DNA from: Spirochaetia bacterium
Lineage (GTDB): Bacteria > Spirochaetota > Spirochaetia > DSM-2461
Length of the DNA: 64,000 nucleotides
Direction of reading: 5' to 3'
Assembly: GCA_963668315.1 (NCBI GenBank)
Contig: OY764216.1
Span: 160,001 to 224,000 of the forward strand
In this document: in pieces, positions 1-9,810 of the stretch
How the letters are laid out: each line of letters opens with the position of its first letter
Position numbering within the stretch: position 1 is the stretch's first letter
Notes under the pieces: generated by a model
Database searches by the model: none
What the model saw: only the letters and a program-made list of their open reading frames with translations
Told to the model about the DNA's origin: nothing
Made by a program: the position numbers and the translations under genes

Positions 1-281
1 TCGTTATGCTCGATACCGTTGCTGTCCAGGGAGGAGATGATCACATCAATGTTACCCGTTTCAAGACATATATGCTTTATGGGGGACTTTCCCTTGGGCA
101 GCTTGTCTATGGAAAATATTTCCAGATAGTTCCCTTCGCAGATTTTCAGATAATAGCCGAATAACTCACCGTTCTTGATGAATTCAAACTGCGTACTCAT
201 TCCCAGGACATCGCAGTAAAAACTTTTTGTCCCTTCCAAATCGGCAGTTTCAAGGCAGACATGGGCTAAAGCGTTAATCAT
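1..281 (-). CDS. VOC/glyoxalase family protein (runs off the left edge of the window)
   Basis: Not in ORF track. Manual translation from ATG at 281: MINALAHVCLETADLEGTKSFYCDVLGM...YLEIF...IKHICLETGNID, the two H-x-x-L / F-Y-x-x-x-L-G halves of the VOC fold. GGGAGG SD-like sequence upstream. Confidence 0.8.
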   Translation of the reverse strand, partial: MINALAHVCLETADLEGTKSFYCDVLGMSTQFEFIKNGELFGYYLKICEGNYLEIFSIDKLPKGKSPIKHICLETGNIDVIISSLDSNGIEHN

Positions 282-394
282 AATCCGACCCTCCCTCTGT
301 TTCCATTGTAAACCCTAACTCACTAAAAAACTATGGATAGATGAAAACTTATTCTCTATAGATACCGGGCCCTTTCATTAATTTACAGATTTTT

Positions 395-410
395 TGTACA
401 TAAAAGTATA
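395..410 (+). promoter_or_regulatory. Candidate NifA-type upstream activator sequence
   Basis: TGT-N10-ATA, one mismatch from TGT-N10-ACA, about 110-125 bp upstream of the -24 box. Overlaps a TACA-N7-TGTA dyad at 384-398. Confidence 0.4.
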
Positions 411-518
411 TCCCATGAAGAAATGCCCTTTTTGTCGGTAAGAGCTTTCCAGAGAGCCTCTCGGAAGAAATTTCCTATTTCCTTCCATTATATGTGTTTA
501 ATCAAAAGGAATCGGTTT

Positions 519-534
519 TGGCACAGCCCTTGCT
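519..534 (+). promoter_or_regulatory. Sigma54 (-24/-12) promoter of the nifENB operon
   Basis: TGGCAC-AGCCC-TTGCT, an exact fit to TGGCAC-N5-TTGCW, 60 bp upstream of nifE. Confidence 0.9.
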
Positions 535-594
535 ATTATTTAGACAAGGACGACAGACGGAAAATGGGTCCCTGATCGTCCCCGGGAGAAACAG

Positions 595-1980
595 ATGACA
601 ACAGCCATGCCCCTTTTGAAAGAGAGGGAAAAACAAGTTTATGAGAAAGGAAAGGGCACCTTCGACCTCCAGTGCGAACGGAAATCGGCAGCCGGTTCAG
701 TAAGCCAGAGGGCTTGTGTCTTTTGCGGATCACGGGTGGTTCTCTACCCCGTGGCAGACGCTCTCCATCTTGTGCACGGCTCCATAGGATGCGCGTCCTA
801 TACCTGGGATATCCGCGGTTCGGTGAGCTCCGGACCGGAACTCCACCGTCTCTGTTTTTCCACTGATCTCCGGGAAAAGGATGTTATCCACGGGGGAGAG
901 AAGAAACTCCTCCAGTCCCTGAGGGAACTGATACCCCTTCATAAACCCAGAGCGGCCTTTGTTTACAGCACCTGCATAGTAGGCGTCATTGGAGATGACG
1001 TGGAAGCGGTCTGCAAAAAGGCTGCAGAGGAGTTGGGAATCCCCGTTATCCCCGTTCAGTCGGAAGGATTCAACGGGACCAAGAAGGACGGCTATCGGGT
1101 GGCCTGCAAGGCCTTAGCCTCTCTTGTCGGAACGGATAACAGCACCCCCGTATCGGAAATCAGCATTAACATTTTGGGAGAATTCAATCTTGCCGGTGAG
1201 GCCTGGATCATTAGGGATTACTACCGCCGAATGGGTGTGGAAGTCGTCTCGATTCTTACCGGTGACGGCAGGGTGGATCAAATCCGGAAGGCGCACAGGG
1301 CATCGCTGAACGTGGTGCAGTGCTCCGGCTCTCTCACCTATCTGGCGGAAGAGATGAAGGAGAAGTACGGCATCCCCTATATAAGGGTATCCTACTTCGG
1401 GATAGAAGATGTTTCCAAATCCCTGTACGACGTGGCCGGCTTCTTCGGGGAGAAGGAGCCGGAGATCATGAAGAAAACGTCCGCGCTGGTAAGGGAAGAA
1501 GTGATGAAAGTTCAGCCTTACCTGGAAGAGTGCCGCCTCAAGCTGACCGGAAAAAAAGCAGCTATCTATGTGGGCGGCGCCTTCAAGACCTTCTCCCTCG
1601 TCAGGATACTCCGGACCCTCGGAGTCGACGTTGTCATGGTCGGCTCCCAGACGGGCAACAGGCAGGACTACGCCCAGCTGGCGGAGATGTGCGACCCGGG
1701 AACGGTGATCGTGGACGACTCCAACCCGATGGAAATGTCACGCATCGTCATAGATAAGGATGCCGACCTTTTTATCGGCGGAGTCAAGGAACGGCCCATG
1801 GCTTTCAAACTGGGAGTGGGCTTCTGCGACCATAACCATGAGCGGAAAACGGTCCTTGCCGGGTTCGAGGGAACTCTGAATTTTGCCCGGGAGATCTGCG
1901 CGTCGGCCCTGAGTCCGGTCTGGCGGTTCTCCCCCCGGAGATCCATGAACCGCTCCGCCTTTAACGGAGGTAACGAATGA
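595..1980 (+). CDS. nifE: Nitrogenase FeMo-cofactor scaffold protein NifE
   Basis: RACVFCGSRVVL...HLVHGSIGCASY and YSTCIVGVIGDD motifs; 461 aa; followed by nifN and nifB. Confidence 0.95.
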   Translation: MTTAMPLLKEREKQVYEKGKGTFDLQCERKSAAGSVSQRACVFCGSRVVLYPVADALHLVHGSIGCASYTWDIRGSVSSGPELHRLCFSTDLREKDVIHGGEKKLLQSLRELIPLHKPRAAFVYSTCIVGVIGDDVEAVCKKAAEELGIPVIPVQSEGFNGTKKDGYRVACKALASLVGTDNSTPVSEISINILGEFNLAGEAWIIRDYYRRMGVEVVSILTGDGRVDQIRKAHRASLNVVQCSGSLTYLAEEMKEKYGIPYIRVSYFGIEDVSKSLYDVAGFFGEKEPEIMKKTSALVREEVMKVQPYLEECRLKLTGKKAAIYVGGAFKTFSLVRILRTLGVDVVMVGSQTGNRQDYAQLAEMCDPGTVIVDDSNPMEMSRIVIDKDADLFIGGVKERPMAFKLGVGFCDHNHERKTVLAGFEGTLNFAREICASALSPVWRFSPRRSMNRSAFNGGNE

Positions 1981-3362
1981 GCGAAACATCCTACGCCCAC
2001 GCATCCAACCCCTGCCGGCAGTGCATGCCCCTGGGAGCATCCTGGGCTTTCAAGGGAATCGAGAACTGCATGTCGATCCTCCACGGTTCCCAGGGCTGCG
2101 CCACCTATATCCGGCGCTATATGATAAGCCACTTCCGGGAGCCGATTGATATCGCCTCTTCCAGTTTTGACGAGACAACGGTCATCTTCGGAGGAGAGGC
2201 CAATCTGGAAAAGGCCGTGCTGAATGTTTACAACCAGTATAAGCCGGAGGTAATCGGGATCGGGACAACCTGTCTGTCCGAAACCATTGGCGATGACGTG
2301 GACCGATTTATCATCACCCTGAAAAAGAAATACCCCGATCTGTGCCCCCTGATTCCCGTATCCACCCCCAGTTATCAGGGGACCCAGGAGGAGGGATTTC
2401 TCAGAACGGTACAGGGAACGGTAAAGGCCCTCACCGGGCGTTATGAACTAATTGACGAACTGCCCGAGCCCCCGGAGAACACCGAAATTCCCCTGGTGAA
2501 CGTGTTTTCTCCGATGATAACTCCGGCGGATATCCGCTGGCTCAAGACGGTATTGAAAGAGATGAATATCAAGGGGACCATACTTCCCGATTACAGCGAT
2601 ACCCTGGACGGGGGCATGTGGAGCGAATTCCATCCCATGCCTCCCGGAGGCACCACCCTCAAGGAGATAGTGTCCATGGACCAGGCGGAGATATCCGTGG
2701 AACTGGGTTCGGCCTATCCCGAAGAGTGGAGGCCCGGCTACTATCTTCAGAAGCGCTTCGGCGTACCCAACGCCCGCTGCGGCCTTCCCACGGGAGTGGA
2801 CAGCACCGATCATTTCCTGACGGTTCTCTCGGAGATTTCGGGAAAATCTATCCCTGAATATTTCCTCAACTCCCGGTCGCGTCTCATCGATGCCTACAGC
2901 GATGCCCACAAGTATCTCTACGGCAAGAAAGTGGTCATATTCGGTGACACTTCCACCGTGGAAGCCCTGTACCGTTTTGTCTGCGAAGTGGGAATGAATC
3001 CTGTCCTCTGCTTTACGGGCAGTCCCTCGGGAATCCTCGGCAAAACCCTGGAGAGGCTCCCACTGCCCGAGGCGGCGGACAACCCGCCCCTCATTAGGGA
3101 GAATTTTGACTTCGGCGATGCGGAGTCTCTGATAGAAGAGCTGCAGCCGGACCTGCTTCTGGGAAACAGCAAGGGATACAAGATATCCCGGAAAATGAAC
3201 ATTCCCCTCATAAGGGTGGGATTCCCCATCCATGACCGCTTCGGCGCCTCCCGCCAGAGGATTCTGGGCTACGAAGGGACGGCCCATCTTCTGGACCGCG
3301 TCGTCAATACGATTATGGAGCAAAAGCAAAGTACATCAAAAGTAGGTTATACCTACATTTAA
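1977..3362 (+). CDS. nifN: Nitrogenase FeMo-cofactor scaffold protein NifN
   Basis: NPCRQCMPLGA...HGSQGCATYIRRY, TTCLSETIGDD and GFPIHDRFG motifs; ATGA overlap with nifE. Confidence 0.9.
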   Translation: MSETSYAHASNPCRQCMPLGASWAFKGIENCMSILHGSQGCATYIRRYMISHFREPIDIASSSFDETTVIFGGEANLEKAVLNVYNQYKPEVIGIGTTCLSETIGDDVDRFIITLKKKYPDLCPLIPVSTPSYQGTQEEGFLRTVQGTVKALTGRYELIDELPEPPENTEIPLVNVFSPMITPADIRWLKTVLKEMNIKGTILPDYSDTLDGGMWSEFHPMPPGGTTLKEIVSMDQAEISVELGSAYPEEWRPGYYLQKRFGVPNARCGLPTGVDSTDHFLTVLSEISGKSIPEYFLNSRSRLIDAYSDAHKYLYGKKVVIFGDTSTVEALYRFVCEVGMNPVLCFTGSPSGILGKTLERLPLPEAADNPPLIRENFDFGDAESLIEELQPDLLLGNSKGYKISRKMNIPLIRVGFPIHDRFGASRQRILGYEGTAHLLDRVVNTIMEQKQSTSKVGYTYI

Positions 3363-3423
3363 CCGTTTAGTCCGGCAGGCGGGCCACCTGGCCGGATACA
3401 GAAAGCAAACTTAGGAGAAGGAT

Positions 3424-4695
3424 ATGAAAAAGGCGATAGAAAAACAATTGGAAAACCACCCCTGCTTCAATGCGGGAGCCTGTAAAGACCACGCCCGGAT
3501 CCACCTGCCCGTGGCCCCCAAATGCAATGTCCAGTGCGGCTTCTGCAACAGGAAATATGACTGCGTCAACGAGAGCCGTCCCGGAGTCACCAGCTCCGTC
3601 CTCAGCCCCGGACAGGCTCTGTACTATCTGCAGAAAGCCATGGAAAAGAGATATTTCGACGTGGTCGGCATCGCCGGTCCGGGAGACCCCTTTGCCAATC
3701 CGGAAGAGACGATGGAAACCCTCCGCCTGATTCGGGGAGCCTATCCCAAAGTGATGCTCTGCGTTGCCACGAACGGTCTGAACATAGGGCCTTATATCGA
3801 TGAGCTTGCCGAGCTGGAGGTTTCCCACGTGACTCTGACGATTAATGGGGTGGACCCGGAAATCGCCGGAAAATGCTACCGCTGGATACGTCCGGGCAAA
3901 ACACCCCTGCGGGGAAAAGCTGCGGGGGAAGTCATCGTCAGAGAACAGCTCTCTGCCGTTACGCGCCTTGTGGAAAAGGGAATACTTGTTAAGATTAACA
4001 GCGTTATCATTCCCGGAGTCAACGACTCCCATATCAGGGAAATTGCCGAAAAAGTGGGAGAACTGGGAGCGGTTACCCAGAACTGCCTTCCCCTGCTGCC
4101 TGTGAAAGATACGGATTTCGCCCATCTGTCCGAACCGGCCGTGGCCGATGTCCTTGCCCTGAGGAAGGAGTGCGGCGAGTTCATTTCCCAGATGGGTCAC
4201 TGCCGCCGCTGCCGTGCCGATGCGGCCGGCCTCCTGGAAGAAGCAATGAGCGAAGGAACCACGGCTCTTCTGAAGGAGGCCTCTACCCTCCCCGTGAATC
4301 CCGGAGAGGACCGCCCCTTTATTGCCGTTGCCACCCGCGAAGGAATGCTGGTGAATCAGCATCTGGGACATGCGGAGGCACTGTGTATCTACCGGAAGAA
4401 GGAGGATTCCTCCGACGGGCTCTGGACTTTCCACGAAGAGAGACTCATGCCCTCCCCCGGCGGCGGGGATGAGAGATGGCTCGGAATCGCCTCGCAACTC
4501 AAAGACTGCTCCGCCCTGCTTGTCAGCGGTATTGGAAACCGGCCCGATGAGATCCTGACGAAAAAGGGGATCAAGGTCTTTCAGATTGAGGGGATGATCA
4601 GCACCGCCCTGGCCGGGATCACCCGGGGAGAGGACCTGAAGCATATGGCCGTACGAAAGGGAGGCTGCTCCGGCTCAGGAGAGGGCTGCGCCTAG
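3424..4695 (+). CDS. nifB: NifB radical SAM protein with C-terminal NifX-like domain
   Basis: HPC, RIHLPVAPKCNVQCGFCNRKYDCVNESRPGV, AGPGDP and CRRCRADA motifs; C-terminal IAVAT...VNQHLGHAE. Confidence 0.97.
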   Translation: MKKAIEKQLENHPCFNAGACKDHARIHLPVAPKCNVQCGFCNRKYDCVNESRPGVTSSVLSPGQALYYLQKAMEKRYFDVVGIAGPGDPFANPEETMETLRLIRGAYPKVMLCVATNGLNIGPYIDELAELEVSHVTLTINGVDPEIAGKCYRWIRPGKTPLRGKAAGEVIVREQLSAVTRLVEKGILVKINSVIIPGVNDSHIREIAEKVGELGAVTQNCLPLLPVKDTDFAHLSEPAVADVLALRKECGEFISQMGHCRRCRADAAGLLEEAMSEGTTALLKEASTLPVNPGEDRPFIAVATREGMLVNQHLGHAEALCIYRKKEDSSDGLWTFHEERLMPSPGGGDERWLGIASQLKDCSALLVSGIGNRPDEILTKKGIKVFQIEGMISTALAGITRGEDLKHMAVRKGGCSGSGEGCA

Positions 4696-4780
4696 GGACG
4701 GCAGGTCTGTTGAAATTGTTGATTAATGTCCGTGATCTTCACAAGGGGGGATTCGGACTTATGCACCAAAGGAGAAAAAA

Positions 4781-5089
4781 ATGGAAAAACCAAACAAGCA
4801 CATCTTGGTATGCTGCAGTTTCAGAGCTACGGGAGAGCCCCAGGGCGTATGCCACAAAAAAGGGACAGGAGACTGGCTGGCCTATCTGGAATCGGAGATT
4901 GTCGACAGGGGAATGGACGGAGTAATGGTCTCTGCCACAGGCTGCCTGAAGGTATGCGACCGGGGGCCTGCCATGGTAATCTATCCCGATAATATCTGGT
5001 ACGGCGGAATGGAAGGCGAGGATGATCTGGATACGATTCTGGATGCCATCGAAGACGGGGAAGTGGCAGAAGATTTCCATATTGCCTAG
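4781..5089 (+). CDS. Thioredoxin-like [2Fe-2S] ferredoxin (nif-associated)
   Basis: HILVCCS..GVC...TGCLKVCDRGPAMVIYPDNIWY; SD AAGGAG. Confidence 0.9.
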   Translation: MEKPNKHILVCCSFRATGEPQGVCHKKGTGDWLAYLESEIVDRGMDGVMVSATGCLKVCDRGPAMVIYPDNIWYGGMEGEDDLDTILDAIEDGEVAEDFHIA

Positions 5090-5095
5090 AGATTT

Positions 5096-6223
5096 ATGAC
5101 GATTGTTGACAGTACCCTCAGAGAGGGCGAACAGACACCCGGCCTGGTATTATCCTTCAAGGATAAAAGATACCTGGCCGAAGAGCTCGTCCGTGCCGGC
5201 GTGACAGACCTGGAAGCGGGAATCCCCGCCATGGGCGGGAATGACCGGGATTTCCTGAGGGCACTGCATAAAGACCTTCACCCCCGGGGCGCGAGGATCA
5301 TTAATTGGTGCCGGGCCCGGGAAGAGGATCTTACCGCCGCCTTTCAAACGGGAACGGGAGCGGTCCATATCAGCCTGCCCGCCTCAGACCGACAGCTGAA
5401 CCTTGTCGGGAAGCCGCGCGAATGGGTTCTGGAAGAGCTGTACCGCATGGCTGCTCTGATGAAACGCGAATGCGACTTTCTGTCGGTAGGCGCCATGGAT
5501 GCCTCGCGCTGTTCTCCCGAATTCCTTACGCTCTTTGTCTCCACCGCGGCGGATGCCGGCTTTTTGCGCATAAGACTGGCCGATACGGTCGGAATCACCT
5601 CTCCCGATGAAATCAGGGAATGGGCCCGCCTTCTCCATGATTACCGTCATCTTCTTGAATTCCACGGACATAACGATCTGGGCATGGCCACGGCCAATTC
5701 CCTGACGGCCATCCAGTCGGGATTCGGAGCCGTGAGCGCCACGCTGCTGGGACTGGGGGAACGGGCGGGCAATGCCCCACTGGAAGAGCTTCTTCTGGCC
5801 ATTCAGCTTAAACTGGACTGGGACGGGGGTATTTCCCTGAGCGCCGTCGGAGAACTGGCCCGGAAAACGGCCCGGCTGACGGGAGAAAGAATTCCCCCGG
5901 GAAAGCCCCTTCTGGGAGAACGGATAAACCGGCATGAGTCGGGAATTCACGTATCCGGCCTGAGAAAGGATCCGGACAGCTTCAGGCCCTACGATCCCAC
6001 CCTGTGGAACGGTCCTGCCGAGGAAATCATCTGGGGACGGCAGAGCGGACGGAACGGAGTGGAACATCTTCTCCGATCACGGGGCTTTGATCCATCGCCC
6101 GACGAGCTGGCGCGGGTTACCGCCTCGGTCAAAGAAACCTCCCTCCGGGAAGAAAAATCCCTGACCGAGGAGGAGATAGAATCGCTTTTTCTTTCTCAGA
6201 AGAGGCAAAAAGCGGCGGTATAA
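5096..6223 (+). CDS. nifV: Homocitrate synthase
   Basis: DSTLREGEQTPG, EFHGHNDLGMATAN, GLGERAGNAPLEE and HESGIH motifs; nif context. Confidence 0.9.
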   Translation: MTIVDSTLREGEQTPGLVLSFKDKRYLAEELVRAGVTDLEAGIPAMGGNDRDFLRALHKDLHPRGARIINWCRAREEDLTAAFQTGTGAVHISLPASDRQLNLVGKPREWVLEELYRMAALMKRECDFLSVGAMDASRCSPEFLTLFVSTAADAGFLRIRLADTVGITSPDEIREWARLLHDYRHLLEFHGHNDLGMATANSLTAIQSGFGAVSATLLGLGERAGNAPLEELLLAIQLKLDWDGGISLSAVGELARKTARLTGERIPPGKPLLGERINRHESGIHVSGLRKDPDSFRPYDPTLWNGPAEEIIWGRQSGRNGVEHLLRSRGFDPSPDELARVTASVKETSLREEKSLTEEEIESLFLSQKRQKAAV

Positions 6224-9200
6224 TCATACGGCTCCGCGGATTACGGGAAGATGTACGGAAAAGGTGCTCCCCTTCCCTTCTTCACTGAATACGCTTATCT
6301 CTCCCCCATGGGCTTCCACGGCCAGTTTACAGAATGCCAGTCCCAGACCGACGGATGCTTTTCCCCTGCTCCCGAACCGGGCCGTTGTGAATTTCTCGAA
6401 CAGCTCCTCGCGGAAATCCTCGGGAATCCCGTCTCCCCTGTCCCGGACGTCTATGATAACAGAACTTTTATCATTGCGGACACAAACGTCTACCGTCATC
6501 CCCTCCGACGAAGCCAGAACGGCATTTCCCAACAGGTTGATAAGGACCCGCTCCATAATGTCCCGGTCAATCTCCAGGATGGGATTTTCCCCCGAAAGAG
6601 CAAGATGAACTCCGGCGACTCCCGCCTGAATATCCATAGCCCGGATGGCATTTTCGATGACCGACCGGATATCCGTCTCTACCCTGTTCAGAGGCATACG
6701 GCCCTCTTCGAGCCGGCTGATGTCCAGTAGCCCCTGGGCCATTTCGGTTACACGCCGGGCTTCGGAACGGGCCATATCGACAAGGGAGATTCCCCCCGTC
6801 TCCTCCCCATTCTCCTCGATCAGATCCAGCGCTCCGATGATGGACATGAGGGGAGAGCGAATATCGTGAACGATCATATTGGTCAGGTTCCTCTTGAGCT
6901 CCTCCAGCTCCTTCAGTTCCCCGTAACTGGAGCGAAGCGCCTTTTCCCTCAGTTCCAGGGCTGCCTGGGATTCCTTACGGGCCCGTATTTCCACGGCAAG
7001 TCTCCTGTTCCAGTAAAGAAAAATCAGGATGATAACCAGGACCCCCAGGGCTACTTTCCCCAGCAGTTTGTAATCAACCGCCTGCTCATACTTGACCCAG
7101 ACCCACTTCCTGTAAAAAGCCGTGCGGTCTACCTCGGGAAGGGATGCCAGGGCTTTATGCAGGATTCCCGCAAAGAGGGGCCAGTCCTTTCTCACGGCCA
7201 TGCGGAGTTTGTAGGCATAGGGAGTTTCCCCTACGATTTTCACATCCCTGAACTGATGCTTGCTCAAATAGTAGTTTCCCGCTAACACGCTGCCGATAAA
7301 GAGATCCGCCTTTCCCCGTTTCAGGAGGCTGAAGCCGTCGGCTATTGTTGCTGTACGGATCAGATCCCAATCGGGATAATCCCGGCTGATCCACTCGTCG
7401 GTGGCATAATTTTCCACAACGGCCACTTTAAAGCCGCTGATTTCAGAAAGATCCCGTATATAGGGGAACTCCTCCCGGCCGAATATGACAACGGGGGAAC
7501 CAAGATAGGAATCGGTAAAGGTCAGATGCTCCAGCCGTTCGGGTGTAACATTGAGGCAGGTACTCATGTCCAGCTCGCGGTTAATCAGCCTGCCGTAGGT
7601 CCTCTGCCAGTCATCCGGTTCTCCCGGAACGAACTCAATGCCCAGCATATCCTGAAGGGCATTCAGATATTCCATGGAAATACCCCGGGGCTCCCCGTCG
7701 GAGTCGGCGAATTCCACCGGCGCCCAGGAGGGGTCCCATCCCACCCGGATTCTCGGATGCATAAGCAGCCATTCCCGCTCCTCCCTGGTGAGATCAATCT
7801 CATTCGACACCGGCCTGGGAAGGGGCAGCCACTTGGCCAGAATGGCATTGCGCTGCTTCATGGTAATAGAATCCAGAACCTGGTCGATAATGGAGACCAG
7901 TTCCGGCCAGTCGCTGCGAACGCCGAAGGCCAGAGCCTGGGGTTCCTGTTCTGCATAGGCGGCCATTTTAATGTTTGTCAGAGCCAGATTCTGAATAACA
8001 TGGGTCGTGACGGCCAGATTGCCGATGACACCGTCCAGTTCCCCCCGGGACAGGGCCAGAAGGCACTCCTCGTATGTTTTATAGCAAATCGGTTCCAGAT
8101 CGGTAGAATCCTCGATAAAGGCCTGGTGTGAACTGGCGGCCTGGACCCCCACACGCCTGTTCTTCAGATCGGCAAGGCCGGTAATATCCGATTCCATGGA
8201 GGTCACGATAACCCGGGAGAACTCCTGGTAGGGCTCGCTGTAAGATAGGAACTGCCTCCTTTCCTCACCGTAACCAATCCCCGGCAGTAAATCTATGTTT
8301 CTGTCCTTTACCGCCCCCATGGTCTCCGCCCAGGAGGTACAGGTTACCAGCTCGAAGTCAAGGCCGGTTCTCTGCCCCACAAGATTCAGGAAATCCGCGG
8401 CTATCCCGCAGTATTCCCCCTCTTCCGACAGAAATTCAAAGGGGGCGAATTCCGGATCCACACCGAAGCGGACCGTCCGATGCTCCTCTATCCACCGCCG
8501 TTCTTCCGGACTCAGTTCAATCCCCGGCAGAAGGGCGGCATCCTGATATTTCCAATCGCCGGTGCCTCCGCCCAGATAGTAATTCAGGATTTTCTGATAC
8601 GCAGAGTCAGTCTTCTGCCCCTCCCCGGCCATAACCCGGTCAATAGCTTCCAGAAAACGGTCTCCCCTTTCCGATCCCCTGGCCGTGGCGAACAGCAGTT
8701 CCCGGGGATTGAAAATGATGGGAGTCGGGGAAACGTTGAATTCATCGCTGTACAGTTCGCCGAACAGGCGGTTGACAATCCCCGCATCGGCCTGCTTCGA
8801 ATCAACCAGCAGCAGGACCTGGCGGTAGTCGTCGACCTCGACGAAGCGGCATGTCACCCCCAGCTGGGAGAGCAGATTCCTTATTCCCCCTTCGCCTTCG
8901 GTATGGACGCTTCCCTTCATGACCGCCACAGTCTGATTCTTCAGATCGAATAAGGACTCGATGGTCCTGTCATCCCTCGAATAAGCCGTACCCCAGTTGA
9001 CAAGAACGGATTCCGAGGAGAAATCAAACAGCTCCCGCCGCTCCTCCGAATCGGCCACATCGACCATCAGATCTATCTCACCCCTTTCCAGGCGGTCCAG
9101 GCACTCCTGCCATGTCCCGTAGACATACTCAATCTCCCAATCATTCCTTTCCCCGATGTACTCCAGGACTTCGGGAAATATGCCGGCGGTACGACCGTCG

Positions 9201-9328
9201 GGTGTCATGAAGACCTTGGGCGGGTTCTGATAGGCTCCCACTTTTACCTGTTCTCCCGTCAGAACGGCCGCCGCCGCCAGGAAAAGGAGAAATATTCTGA
9301 TAATCCATCGGAAAGAAAAAGAGCCCAT
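6224..9328 (-). CDS. Sensor histidine kinase with three periplasmic substrate-binding (Venus flytrap) domains
   Basis: Signal peptide; three PBP2-like repeats (VKVGAYQNPP, VRFGVDPEFAPFEF, IRVGWDPSWAPVEF); TM helix; HDIRSP H-box; NLLGNA, DRGDGI and GLGLAF boxes. Confidence 0.9.
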   Translation of the reverse strand: MGSFSFRWIIRIFLLFLAAAAVLTGEQVKVGAYQNPPKVFMTPDGRTAGIFPEVLEYIGERNDWEIEYVYGTWQECLDRLERGEIDLMVDVADSEERRELFDFSSESVLVNWGTAYSRDDRTIESLFDLKNQTVAVMKGSVHTEGEGGIRNLLSQLGVTCRFVEVDDYRQVLLLVDSKQADAGIVNRLFGELYSDEFNVSPTPIIFNPRELLFATARGSERGDRFLEAIDRVMAGEGQKTDSAYQKILNYYLGGGTGDWKYQDAALLPGIELSPEERRWIEEHRTVRFGVDPEFAPFEFLSEEGEYCGIAADFLNLVGQRTGLDFELVTCTSWAETMGAVKDRNIDLLPGIGYGEERRQFLSYSEPYQEFSRVIVTSMESDITGLADLKNRRVGVQAASSHQAFIEDSTDLEPICYKTYEECLLALSRGELDGVIGNLAVTTHVIQNLALTNIKMAAYAEQEPQALAFGVRSDWPELVSIIDQVLDSITMKQRNAILAKWLPLPRPVSNEIDLTREEREWLLMHPRIRVGWDPSWAPVEFADSDGEPRGISMEYLNALQDMLGIEFVPGEPDDWQRTYGRLINRELDMSTCLNVTPERLEHLTFTDSYLGSPVVIFGREEFPYIRDLSEISGFKVAVVENYATDEWISRDYPDWDLIRTATIADGFSLLKRGKADLFIGSVLAGNYYLSKHQFRDVKIVGETPYAYKLRMAVRKDWPLFAGILHKALASLPEVDRTAFYRKWVWVKYEQAVDYKLLGKVALGVLVIILIFLYWNRRLAVEIRARKESQAALELREKALRSSYGELKELEELKRNLTNMIVHDIRSPLMSIIGALDLIEENGEETGGISLVDMARSEARRVTEMAQGLLDISRLEEGRMPLNRVETDIRSVIENAIRAMDIQAGVAGVHLALSGENPILEIDRDIMERVLINLLGNAVLASSEGMTVDVCVRNDKSSVIIDVRDRGDGIPEDFREELFEKFTTARFGSRGKASVGLGLAFCKLAVEAHGGEISVFSEEGKGSTFSVHLPVIRGAV

Positions 9329-9433
9329 GGTATATATTATATGAAATGCTCATTTTTCACAAACTATTTTTACCCTCTTTTATTCTTTGAAATAATTCTT
9401 ACTTCCCGGGAACTTCTTTGTTATCTTATATTT

Positions 9434-9793
9434 ATGGACGAACTGAAAAAACTGAAAAAGCAGTATGTCGATCTTCCCGAAGATCCCTCACAAACGGTCA
9501 TAGAAAATACGGCCCGCCGGCTGCAGGGTATGAAGTTCTCTCCTACCCTTCTGGTGGAAGTCCCGGATTTTCTGCATGTCGGCAAAAAACGTATCCTCGG
9601 TGAACTGGACAGGGCTCTTGCTCTGGAAGGGGAAGAGCTGGTGGAGGCGGGGATGAATCCCACGGGAGAGCCGGAAGTGTTCAAGATGAACCATCTCAAA
9701 CTGCTCTACTACTTCTACGAATTGCTGACGAGGCTGAGGCAGGATGATCCGGCGGCCTGGGATGAGGTCAACGAGCTGTACGAAGACGACTGA
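9434..9793 (+). CDS. Hypothetical protein (119 aa)
   Basis: Coding-like from MDELKK. The extra N-terminal stretch in the ORF track is AT-rich promoter DNA. Confidence 0.7.
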   Translation: MDELKKLKKQYVDLPEDPSQTVIENTARRLQGMKFSPTLLVEVPDFLHVGKKRILGELDRALALEGEELVEAGMNPTGEPEVFKMNHLKLLYYFYELLTRLRQDDPAAWDEVNELYEDD

Positions 9794-9810
9794 TAACGGT
9801 CACGGGAATT

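Noticed and set aside
3370..3398. Hairpin between nifN and nifB
   Set aside because: It has no U-tract and an imperfect stem. It may stabilise mRNA but cannot be called a terminator.
3367..4644. 425-aa minus-strand ORF, and similar long ORFs at 14888-16366, 15982-17460, 23708-25321, 34397-36610 and 44070-45797
   Set aside because: These are antisense shadows of well-supported genes in GC-rich DNA, with no recognisable motifs.
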